From contig NW_027362767.1 of the NCBI RefSeq assembly GCF_046119375.1, forward strand, positions 323,206,001 through 323,270,000: a stretch of DNA of 64,000 nt, in the 5' to 3' direction. This document shows positions 47,301-58,800 of the stretch, piece after piece. Under the pieces are notes generated by a model, which ran no database searches, was not told the origin of the DNA, and saw only the letters and a list, made by a program, of their open reading frames with translations. The first letter of the stretch is position 1. Every line of letters begins with the position of its first letter. Made by a program: the position numbers and the translations under genes. This DNA is from Phyllobates terribilis. Its lineage: Eukaryota.

Positions 47301-50300
47301 CGGCTCATGCACTTTGCTCTGCCCTTAGTAGGTGCAAGATTCCCAGTGATCTGTGTATGACGTAAAACGCGGCATCCAGATCAATCAGCAAGGAGGACGG
47401 CAGCTGCAAAGATTGAGGAAGCGCAATGAAAGGAAAAAAAGGCGTCCATCAGATCAGACTGCACCGTTTGCCAGAAGTATAAGGCCACGTTCACAAATTC
47501 AGTATTTGGTCAGTATTTTACATCAGTATTTGTAAGCCAGAACCAGGAGTGAGTGATAAATACAGAAGTGGTGACGTGTTTCTATTATACTTTTCCTCTG
47601 ATTGTTCTTCTCCTGGTTTTGGCTTACAAATACTGATCAAATACTGAACGTGTGAACGTGGCCTCAAAGGTATTTTTGGCAGATGCCGGGGGGAGTTGGG
47701 GCCTTAGACACAGGTCAATAGACTGAGGTAATATAGCAATTAAAGGTGTAGAAACAAAGTAGCACACGTTACCTGTAAAGCGCTATGGGGGTGGCTCTGG
47801 GACTCCTCTGGCGTCATGCACAAAAGGCACGTTACACTTTACCTTCATTTTTTCCTATTCGCTACATATGACTATGCAGGTTTTTCAAAACTAAATTCAT
47901 CAACACCTTTATATCTTCTATCTGTTGCTGTATTTCTGAGTAAATGCTGTTTTTATTTATATGCAAATTAAGAGTTAAGTGCTCTGGGCATGAGAAAGCA
48001 CTCCCTTGAGCCTCTGCCTCCTGAGGCTGTTTCCCCACCCAGCACCAGCCTTTTTATCTTGACTCATAGCTCAGTGCCTGTGTGACATCAGGAAAGGAAA
48101 TCAGATAGTCTAGGCTGGTGCTGGCTGGGGAAACAACCTCGGGAGGGAGACAATCCCTGGTGTTGCCTGGTTAAAAAAAAAAGTGATGACTTGTTGATCA
48201 TCGCCTTTTCGTGGCTGCCGGGCATGCATGAATTAACCAAATTATGTGCCAAGTATCTTTATTTTTTCCTATTATCTCGACCAGTAATGATGTACAAGAC
48301 AAACTTATATTGTGGTACCGTGTTAGCCAGAAAAAAAAAAAAATAAATAAATAAAATAAAATCGATGCTAATACTTTTATGCCCAAAAATGACAAAAGTA
48401 GGAGTGATACCTTTATTGGCTAACCAGAACAATATATATTTATATTTGCAAGCTTTCAGAGCACAGAGGCTCCTTCTTCAGGCAGGATTACAAACTAGAG
48501 CAGTAATGCAATTCATATATTTCATGTTTACATGCCGTAGCATTACTTTATTTGTTATTTATGTATGGCTACTCTTAGTTTGCACCTGTACAAACTAGTT
48601 TTCTGTCTGGAAGTGACGGTCAGACTTTAGGACAGAAAGGGGAACTTTTCACCCAGGTACAAAGTGACAACATGTCAGGAAAGAGTCAGAATGCGCAGTC
48701 CTGAGCCAATTTAACAAGGATAAACGTTCCCTGTTTGATCACACTTGGGACCCGCACAGATCTATAGGTGGTCACCTGTCCAGAGAACTGCAAGAACTGC
48801 AGCAGAAAAAAACAGGACTAATATCAAAACTGTAGCAAGCAGCCCAGTAAGTGGCACATCATTGGAATCAGGGCCTCTGTCCCTACATTATGCTGCTCTG
48901 AGAATAGGAGGCAAAATCTGGGAGACAGATTCCCTTTAAGTGCTCTGTTGCGTCCAGTGCACTTAACACCTTATTTGAAAACAGATTAAACGCTGATTTC
49001 TCAGAAATGCAGCAACAAAGATATAAAGGGGTCAGTGAAGTTACATTTCACAGACATGTTCGTCTATATATGCGGTTTGGGGAGGGTGATCTTTACTGAC
49101 ACATTCCCTTTAAGAGATCTGTTCTGTGACAGATTCTCTCTATGTAAACCTCATTGTACAGAAGATGACACCTCTGTGGTGAGAAAACTACTAAACCAGT
49201 GATTGCTTGTCAGTAAGAGGATGAGAATGTAAAATACAGCCACTGCCGCACAGTGTGGACTGTGCCCAGCACTCACCTTGCCCCCATTAGTCCAGCGGTT
49301 AATATATATGGTCTGCCTCACAGTGTGGACTGTGCCCAGCACTCACCTTGCCCCCATTAGTCCAGTGGTTAATATATATGGTCTGCCTCACAGTGTGGAC
49401 TGTGCCCAGCACTCACCTTGCCCCCATTAGTCCAGCGGTTAATATATATGGTCTGCCTCACAGTGTGGACTGTGCCCAGCACTCACCTTGCCCCCATTAG
49501 TCCAGTGGTTAATATATATGGTCTGCCTCACAGTGTGGACTGTGCCCAGCACTCACCTTGCCCCCATTAGTCCAGTGGTTAATATATATGGTCTGCCTCA
49601 CAGTGTGGACTGTGCCCAGCACTCACCTTGCCCCCATTAGTCCAGCGGTTAATATATATGGTCTGCCTCACAGTGTGGACTGTGCCCAGCACTCACCTTG
49701 CCCCCATTAGTCCAGTGGTTAATATATATGGTCTGCCACACAGTGTGGACTGTGCCCAGCACTCACCTTGCCCCCAATAGTCCAGCGGTTAATAGATATG
49801 GTCTGCCGCACAGTGTTGACTGTGCCCAGCACTCACCTTGCCCCCATTAGTCCAGTGGTTAATATATATGGTCTGCCTCACAGTGTGGACTGTGCCCAGC
49901 ACTCACCTTGCCCCCATTAGTCCAGTGGTTAATATATATGGTCTGCCGCACAGTGTGGACTGTGCCCAGCACTCACCTTGCCCCCAATAGTCCAGCGGTT
50001 AATAGATATGGTCTGCCGCACAGTGTTGACTGTGCCCAGCACTCACCTTGCCCCCATTAGTCCAGCGGTTAATATATATGGTCTGCCGCACAGTGTGGAC
50101 TGTGCCCAGCACTCACCTTGCCCCCATTAGTCCAGCGGTTAATATATATGGTCTGCCGCACAGTGTGGACTGTGCCCAGCACTCACCTTGCCCCCATTAG
50201 TCCAGCGGTTAATAGATATGGTCTGCCGCACAGTGTTGACTGTGCCCAGCACTCACCTTGCCCCCATTAGTCCAGCGGTTAATATATATGGTGGAGATCC

Positions 50301-50358
50301 CGGGCACCATGAGACACCCGGCCATAATGGCAAACCCGGGCAGGATTTCATACCACAT
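44344..50358 (-). CDS. NDUFA1: NADH:ubiquinone oxidoreductase subunit A1 (MWFE), 3 exons, 70 aa
   Basis: complement join(50358..50257,45196..45107,44364..44344) = 102+90+21 nt, giving [70 protein letters not shown]. Good Kozak context (GGCGCCATG). Not in the ORF track. Confidence 0.97.
44662..44847. mobile_element. Palindromic hAT MITE in NDUFA1 intron 2
   Basis: 8-bp TSD CATTAGAG at 44654-61 and 44848-55. Termini CAGGGTTCCCCAAC. Arms of about 85 bp are essentially perfectly complementary. Confidence 0.9.
46870..47173. mobile_element. T2/Kolobok-type MITE in NDUFA1 intron 1
   Basis: CTAA|AGGAGTTGCCCAGGCTTGGGG ... CCCCAAACCTGGACAACCCCT|TTAA. A related partial copy begins near 8270. Confidence 0.65.
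47483..47663. mobile_element. About 180-bp Harbinger-like MITE, related to 6198-6416
   Basis: GGCCACGTTCACA...TGTGAACGTGGCC termini, with internal CAGTATTT and AACCAGGAG blocks. Confidence 0.7.
48447..48484 (-). ncRNA. Minimal (Penelope-type) hammerhead ribozyme-like motif within a PLE fragment (about 48310-48495)
   Basis: Minus strand: UGC-CUGAAGA-A-GGAGC(CUCUGU)GCUCU-GAAA-GCUU-GCA. This gives a 3-bp stem I, core, stem II and a palindromic AGCU stem III. Activity untested. Confidence 0.45.
49243..50292 (-). repeat. 70-bp minisatellite, 15 copies; unit = NDUFA1 exon-1 tail + 5' splice site + intron start
   Basis: Minus-strand unit CCATATATATTAACCGCTGGACTAATGGGGGCAAG|GTGAGTGCTGGGCACAGTCCACACTGTG(C/A)GGCAGA. 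Donors every 70 bp from 50256 to 49276. Confidence 0.97.
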
Positions 50359-51070
50359 GGCGCCGCTTCTCCGTTCTTCCAGGGAGATTCACTGCCTGCA
50401 ACACAAACCCGAGAAAAGCTCAGGGTCACTGTGCTCACCCAGCATGCACTGCGCTAGTAAGGTCACACGTTCGCCATATTTGTTACTGGCAGGGTCGCTA
50501 ACAAAAAAAAACCCTCAGACTGGTTTATAAAGCGTAAACCGCTATAGTTTTACTCACCGTCCTATGTTTGATGTTAATATATTAATAGCTTATTATTTTG
50601 TGCAACAGTAAGAAATTTAAATATTTGCCCATGTCAACAATGGCGTGTACATGCCGGAAGTCAGGGAGTAAAAAAGCCTCGCGATATTTTTGAGATCGTT
50701 GACATCTCCAGAGAAAAAAAGTAAACGCACGGCAACAGATGACGTCAGTGAGCAGCCATGTTGAGAAGGGAAAAGTTACTACAGATGACGGGTAGCCTGT
50801 GCGTAGAAACACGTTGTGCTACCAAGTGAGAAGCGCGCGGTGCTCCGGCCTCCTGTGTCCACAGAGGAAGGCTCGGGATTTCTCCACTGGTATCGGTTAG
50901 TATCAGTTAGGTAATTCCCCACCCAATGTGGCGGCTAAATGGTGCTACTGCGGCTGGTCATGTGACACAACACTCGTCCAATCACAGGACACGGCAGGAG
51001 AGTGAGAAGTGCAGCGCTGGAGACAGTTAGTTGTGGCCGTCAGCGCTGGTGTCTGCCTGCACGAAGAGCC
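50359..51070. promoter_or_regulatory. Bidirectional promoter region shared by NDUFA1 and UPF3B
   Basis: Divergent ATGs at 50358 and 51071. CpG-rich. YY1-like CGCCATATTTT at 50472, ETS CCGGAAGT at 50654, CTCGCGATA at 50678, CRE TGACGTCA at 50740, E-box GTCATGTGAC at 50957, CCAAT at 50978. Confidence 0.7.
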
Positions 51071-51360
51071 ATGAAGGAAGACAAGGAGAACACGAAGCCC
51101 AGGGAGAAGAGAGGGGAGCAGGAGGAAGGAGACAGGCCGGAGCGGGTGAAGGAGAAGAAGGAGGTCATGAGCAAGGTGAGGACTAGGCCTCCCGCACACA
51201 TGGGGCCACTGTGACACTAATCTGCAGGGTACATCTGTCACCCGTGACCCTGTGGGCTGTGTGTGTGTACGGTCATAGGGAGCCTGTGGGCTGTGTGTGT
51301 GTACGGTCATAGGGAGCCTGTGGGCCGTGTGTGTGTATACGGTCATAGGGAGCCTGTGGG

Positions 51361-51403
<43 letters not shown>

Positions 51404-54400
51404 GTCATAGGGAGCCTGTGGGCTGTGTGTGTGTACGGTCATAGGGAGCCTGTGGGTTGTGTGTGTGTACGGTCATAGGGAGCCTGTGGGCCGTGTGTGT
51501 GTACGGTCATAGGGAGCCTGTGGGCTGTGTGTGTGTGTGTACGGTCATAGGGAGCCTGCGGGCTGTGTGTGTGTACGGTCATAGGGAGCCTGTGGGCCGT
51601 GTGTGTGTGTGTACGGTCATAGGGAGCCTGCGGGCTGTGTGTGTGTACGGTCATAGGGAGCCTGCGGGCTGTGTGTGTGTACGGTCATAGGGAGCCTGCG
51701 GGCTGTGTGTGTGTGTGTGTATACGGTCATAGGGAGCCTGCGGGCTGTGTGTGTGTGTGTATACGGTCATAGGGAGCCTGTGGGCCGTGTGTGTGTATAC
51801 GGTCATAGGGAGCCTGTGGGCCGTGTGTGTGTATACGGTCATAGGGAGCCTGTGGGCCGTGTGTGTGTACGGTCATAGGGAGCCTGTGGGCCGTGTGTGT
51901 GTACGGTCATAGGGAGCTTGTGGGCCGTGTGTGTGTACGGTCATAGGGAGCCTGTGGGCTGTGTGTGTGTGTGTGTACGGTCATAGGGAGCCTGTGGGCT
52001 GTGTGTGTGTGTACGGTCATAGGGAGCCTGTGGGCTGTGTGTGTGTGTACGGTCATAAGGAGCCTGTGGGCTGTGTGTGTGTGTACGGTCATAGGGAGCC
52101 TGTGGGCTGTGTGTGTGTGTACGGTCATAGGGAGCCTGCGGCCTGTGGGCTGTGTGTGTGTACGGTCATAGGGAGCCTGCGGGCCGTGTGTGTGTACGGT
52201 CATAGGGAGCCTGCGGGCCGTGTGTGTGTACGGTCATAGGGAGCCTGCGGGCCGTGTGTGTGTACGGTCATAGGGAGCCTGCGGGCCGTGTGTGTGTACG
52301 GTCATAGGGAGCCTGCGGGCCGTGTGTGTGTACGGTCATAGGGAGCCTGCGGGCCGTGTGTGTGTACGGTCATAGGGAGCCTGCGGGCCGTGTGTGTGTA
52401 CGGTCATAGGGAGCCTGCGGGCCGTGTGTGTGTACGGTCATAGGGAGCCTGCGGGCCGTGTGTGTGTACGGTCATAGGGAGCCTGCGGGCCGTGTGTGTG
52501 TACGGTCATAGGGAGCCTGCGGGCCGTGTGTGTGTGTACGGTCATAGGGAGCCTGCGGGCCGTGTGTGTACGGTCATAGGGAGCCTGCGGGCCGTGTGTG
52601 TGTACGGTCATAGGGAGCCTGCGGGCCGTGTGTGTGTACGGTCATAGGGAGCCTGCGGGCCGTGTGTGTGTACGGTCATAGGGAGCCTGCGGGCCGTGTG
52701 TGTGTGTACGGTCATAGGGAGCCTGCGGGCCGTGTGTGTGTGTACGGTCATAGGGAGCCTGCGGGCCGTGTGTGTGTGTACGGTCATAGGGAGCCTGCGG
52801 GCCGTGTGTGTGTACGGTCATAGGGAGCCTGTGGGCTGTGTGTGTACACGGTCATAGGGAGCCTGTGGGCTGTGTGTGTGTGTGTGTGTGTGTACACGGT
52901 CATAGGGAGCCTGTGGGCTGTGTGTGTGTGTGTGTACACGGTCATAGGGAGCCTGTGGGCTGTGTGTGTGTGTGTACGGTCATAGGGAGCCTGTGGGCCG
53001 TGTGTGTGTACGGTCATAGGGAGCCTGTGGGCCGTGTGTGTGTACGGTCATAGGGAGCCTGTGGGCTGTGTGTGTGTGTACGGTCATAGGGAGCCTGCGG
53101 GCTGTGTGTGTGTGTATACGGTCATAGGGAGCCTGCGGGCTGTGTGTGTGTGTATACGGTCATAGGGAGCCTGCGGGCTGTGTGTGTGTGTATACGGTCA
53201 TAGGGAGCCTGCGGGCTGTGTGTGTGTGTGTGTATACGGTCATAGGGAGCCTGTGGGCCGTGTGTGTGTGTATACGGTCATAGGGAGCCTGTGGGCCGTG
53301 TGTGTGTGTATACGGTCATAGGGAGCCTGTGGGCCGTGTGTGTGTGTATACGGTCATAGGGAGCCTGTGGGCCGTGTGTGTGTGTATACGGTCATAGGGA
53401 GCCTGTGGGCCGTGTGTGTGTGTATACGGTCATAGGGAGCCTGTGGGCCGTGTGTGTGTGTATACGGTCATAGGGAGCCTGTGGGCCGTGTGTGTGTACG
53501 GTCATAGGGAGCCTGTGGGCCGTGTGTGTGTACGGTCATAGGGAGCCTGTGGGCCGTGTGTGTGTACGGTCATAGGGAGCCTGTGGGCCGTGTGTGTGTA
53601 CGGTCATAGGGAGCCTGCGGGCCGTGTGTGTGTGTACGGTCATAGGGAGCCTGCGGGCCGTGTGTGTGTATACGGTCATAGGGAGCCTGCGGGCCGTGTG
53701 TGTGTGTACGGTCATAGGGAGCCTGCGGGCCGTGTGTGTGTGTACGGTCATAGGGAGCCTGCGGGCCCTGTGTGTGTACGGTCATAGGGAGCCTGCGGGC
53801 CGTGTGTGTGTACGGTCATAGGGAGCCTGCGGGCCGTGTGTGTGTACGGTCGTGTGGGAGCCTGCGGGCTGTGTGTGTGTGTGTACGGTCGTGTGGGAGC
53901 CTGCCTGCTGTGTGTGTGTGTACGGTCGTGTGGGAGCCTGCGGGCTGTGTGTGTGTGACGCGCCCCCTGGGCCAGTGTTGTTAGGGATACCCGGAGCCGG
54001 ATCAGATGGGGGTTGTAGTCTCCGAGTGGCTGTGACCCGGTCCGTGCCCAGGGTGTCAAACTCAGTGTGTGGCAGTCCTACAGATGTTATTAGAGTTCTT
54101 TGTGTCGACTACGCCACCCGTTGATTTGCGGTCAAAAGGCCGCCGCTGCAGCAGGGTCCACTGAGGCTGGTGATGTGTGTGCAGCTTAGGTAGTATAACC
54201 CCCAACGGGAGGGGTATAGCCTCAGGGGGTCAGCCGTGGAGGATGGTGGTTGTGAAGGTGCAGCAAGGAGACTCAGAGACATAAAATGCAGTTCCAGGGT
54301 TTTACTTACTGGTGTTGCTCGGGTCACTGTGTACAGCAGTGACCACCCAAGCCGTGCTGCGTCCACCAGGTCCTGGACTCTGTCAACTCCCAGGCAACTC

Positions 54401-55432
54401 CGGAGTGTGGTCCTGAGCTCCTTTCTGTCTCTCCCTTCTTCTGGCCGTTCCCACCAGGGATCCACCTAAGTCCGGCTCCCTCGGGCCTCTTGTTGGTCAA
54501 GCCTCCTCTGGGCTCCCTGACCCTATTCTTGGTCTGCCTTCCGGGTGGATTTAGTGGGTGATCGTGGCAGATCCTGCCCACGACCTCCGGTTCCTGGCTA
54601 AGGTGTGCTGTAGCCTCTGCCAGCTTGGGATCCGGTACCCTGTTGCCGACCCTTCACCCTATTAGCTCTCTTATGGGCTCTTGGGGTCCCCTCTGCGCCT
54701 CTGGGTCTCTCTTCCTTCTCCTCTGCTCTGCTTCTCAGGCTCTCAGACAGACTGTCTGACTGACTGACGTCTCACAGACTGACCCTGATCTAAGATGGTG
54801 CCCACCTTAAATACTCCCTCTATGTGTGAGCTCAGGTGACCAGCACCCAATGAGCTCCTATCTTTACCCAGGCTGCTCCCCCTATCTGCCCCTACACTAC
54901 TGGGATGTTCCACCCCCCCTCCCACTCCAGCCAGGAACAGACACTGTCGTACCTGCACATTTCTCTAGTGGGAGTACCATCGGTCTGTTCCCCGGAAATG
55001 GGATGTATGTAGTGCATGCAGCCTACTAGCTCAGTTCCACACTCCATCCTTACCCGGGAGTGGAATATCACACCTCTGGGTTGAGGTGCAATACCCCTGT
55101 AGCAGCCGAATCCTCAGGGTGCTACATGTGTACGGTCGTGGGGGAGCCTGCGGGCTGTGTGTGTGTACGATCGTGGGGGAGCCTGCGGGCTGTGTGTGTG
55201 TACGATCGTGGGGGAGCCTGCGGGCTGTGTGTGTGTACGATCGTGGGGGAGCCTGCGGGCTGTGTGTGTGTACGGTCGTGGGGGAGCCTGCGGGCTGTGT
55301 GTGTACGGTCGTGGGGGAGCCTGCGGGCTGTGTGTGTGTACGGTCGTGGGGGAGCCTGCGGGCTGTGTGTGTGTACGGTCGTGGGGGAGCCTGCGGGCTG
55401 TGTGTGTGTACGGTCGTGGGGGAGCCTGCGGG

Positions 55433-55469
<37 letters not shown>

Positions 55470-55608
55470 GTCGTGGGGGAGCCTGCGGGCTGTGTGTGTG
55501 TACGGTCGTGGGGGAGCCTGCGGGCTGTGTGTGTGTGTGTGTGTGTGTGTATAGTCGTGGGGGAGCCTGCGGGCTGTGTGTGTGTACGGTCGTGGGGGAG
55601 CCTGCGGG

Positions 55609-55656
<48 letters not shown>

Positions 55657-55795
55657 ATAGTCATGGGGGAGCCTGTGGCCTGCGGGCTGTGTGTGTGTGT
55701 GTATAGTCGTGGGGGAGCCTGCGGGCTGTGTGTGTGTACGGTCGTGGGGGAGCCTGCGGGCTGTGTGTGTGTACGGTCGTGGGGGAGCCTGCGGG

Positions 55796-55829
<34 letters not shown>

Positions 55830-58800
55830 TCATGGGGGAGCCTGCGGGCTGTGTGTGTGTACGGTCGTGGGGGAGCCTGCGGGCTGTGTTTGTGTGTGTG
55901 TGTGTATAGTCATGGGGGAGCCTGCGGGCTGTGTGTGTGTACGGTCGTGGGGGAGCCTGCGGGCTGTGTGTGTGTACGGTCGTGGGGGAGCCTGCGGGCT
56001 TTGTGTGTGTACGGTCGTGGGGGAGCCTGCGGGCTGTGTGTGTGTACGGTCGTGGGGGAGCCTGCGGGCTGTGTGTGTGTACGGTCGTGGGGGAGCCTGC
56101 GGGCTGTGTGTGTGTACGGTCGTGGGGGAGCCTGCGGGCTGTGTGTGTGTACGGTCGTGGGGGAGCCTGCGGGCTGTGTGTGTGTGTGTGTGTATAGTCG
56201 TGGGGGAGCCTGCGGGCTGTGTGTGTGCGGTAACAGGGGGGATCCAGATTACTGACCTGCACCCTGCATCAGATCCTAGGAATCATTTACTTTGCACCAT
56301 CTCTAATCATAAGTTGACAAAATCCAAACAGTAGGTGTATTAACGACTTCCCAATGTAGGCCATAAAGGCATGACTTATGTCAGTTTCTGACAGTGGCAC
56401 TTAGGTGATCTGATTCTGTGGCGCAATCCTTCCGCCATCTATCACCTGCCCCTTAACCAGATTGCAGGAAGCTGATGCATTTTCATTGCAACTGGGGGTC
56501 TCCTGAATACTCCTGTGGCTGAGCTAGATCATTAATCCTCATATATTGTAGTATTATATAGTATAGATTATCTAGCACTTGAAAGTCCTGTAAGGAGACT
56601 ATAAAATTAAAAAAAACAAAACAAATTAATGTATTGATTAATATTAAAAGGAAAACCAGCTGTTCATGAGGGCATGCCTACATTAGAGGTTGCTAGGATA
56701 TGCCATGACTTAATGATCGCTGGGGGCCTGATCTCTGGGGTCCCCATTTATCCTTGTTGAAGCTCCAGAATTGTTATTTCAATCTCTTTACAGTTTAAAC
56801 TTTATACAGATGGGAGGTGGACATGATGGCTGCTATGTACCACTGCTAATATGTTGAGTTACTTTCTATTTACTCCCTTTTAAGTCAATAAAATCTTAAA
56901 AGGCTATTCTCACATTAGTAGGTTATTGCCTATGACCAGCATATACCGTAATATTTTGCTCGTTGCGTGTCCTACTTCTGCGGACCCCACTGATCCTAAG
57001 AATAGAGGCACCAGAGTCCTTTTGGCTTTTTACTTGCACATCCTCGCTCTTAACAACTGCTGAACCCTTTTTTTATTCTGAAGATATTTTGCATCCTGGT
57101 AAATGGACCTGGAAGTGATAACATTTCTCATGAAATTCTTATTGTGAAAAGGCCTCATTAACCAGTATAAGCATGGCCCATTAACCCCCATTGCTGACCA
57201 GGCACATTTTTTTTCCATACATGCATTTTAAAAAGCTGTAAAGTGTTTTTTCTCCTTTGGATATTCAAGCAATTTTGCATCTTTTTTTTTTATTATAAAT
57301 GGAGCTTCATTTTTTATCTCATTGCTATATTTTTTCCTTTGCTGATATCCGGTGATACTGTTGGAAAAATAAGGGAAATAAGCAGGGCTGTGGAGTCTGA
57401 GCCGGAGCCCATTTTGGTGAAGTCGGAGTCTAAATTGGACCAACTCCGACTCCTAAAATATATAATAAATTGGGTAGAGTAGTTCAATGCAGTTTGTGGG
57501 GAATATTTTTTCATAAGAATTTGCTATTCCTGATCTAAGGGTCTAGACTTTTAGCGGAGATGAATCTGTGCTACAGTAAATTTATCACTTAAACATGAGC
57601 CGTGTATGAGAGAGTCGGAGTCGTGGAAATTGAGGAGTCCGAGTCGGAGGTTTTGCTTACCGACTCCACAGCCCTGGAAATAAGTTGTTTTCCTTTTTTT
57701 TAAATGAGCATTAAAATACATTTATAAATTTGTTCCCCATTCTGTAATTATTAGTCTACTTCGGTTTGTGGTAGAGCTACATTACAAATAAAGCTTTATT
57801 TAACTAGAAGTTTTTGCTTTTAAAGGTTGTGATCCGTCGTTTGCCTCCAAGTCTTACCAAAGAACAGCTGGAAGAGCATCTTCAGCCTCTGCCAGAACAT
57901 GATTATTTTGAGTTTTTTGCAAATGACACCAGGTAATTGTCATTAATTTCAGCACAGTCCTCTCTGCTTGTCAGTAAATCTTCACCTTTGCAGGCTTTTT
58001 GTTGCTTGTAGTTTTGTCTAATTCTAATGTCTTCTTGTCCCATAGCTTATTTCCTCATATGTTCTCGCGAGCGTATATCAATTTCAAAAGTCCAGACGAC
58101 ATCATGTTATTCAGAGATCGCTTCGATGGCTATGTGTTCATTGATCATAGAGGTATGTTGTCTATATTTTCACTGCTGACTTTAGTATTAGAGAAGATCA
58201 ACGATCGAACGAGGGCTTGTAGCACTCAGGCCCCCAATCAAAACCGATAATGACATATACAAGGTTTTAGTTGGTTTATTAGTGAAAATCATATTAAACT
58301 TTATATGGTTCTCACCCATACTAATACTATGTTAGTCAGCTGCATCTTTCATTGAAAATTGGTACAGGACACCACAATCTCCCGTTCCTTCTTTTTTTGA
58401 AGCTACATGTAAGCGTTCACACTAATGCTTCATAGATCTCAATGGGAATCTGGAAGCAACTGCTGTCTTGCTCTTGAGAGTAAACTGAGAACTTTGGTTC
58501 CTCTGGGCCCCCAGCTATCTAACATTTATCACCTATACCTTGAATGGATGATAAATGCTGATAATAAAAAATCAAGGAAACACAACGTGGTAATGAACTA
58601 TCACTGCTTCCGGTTATATTTAAGGGCACGTTGAATGTTGTGATATCGAGACATGGCACACATGACGTTTCAGCCTGCAGTTTTGTATTAAAAAGTGTAA
58701 CTATCATTTTGTAAAACTTTTTGTATGTTATTGGCTGATCACTGGGGTCCGGGTCCTGAAATCCGCACCGATAAGTCAAAACACCACTCTGAAGTGCGCA

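Noticed and set aside
50359-51070. RNF113A expected from human synteny
   Set aside because: No room and no CCCH/RING-coding sequence seen here or elsewhere in the window.
50945-56334. Long Cys/Val- or His/Thr-rich ORFs up to 382 aa
   Set aside because: Translations of (GT)n-containing repeats in UPF3B intron 1, with no splice or codon support.
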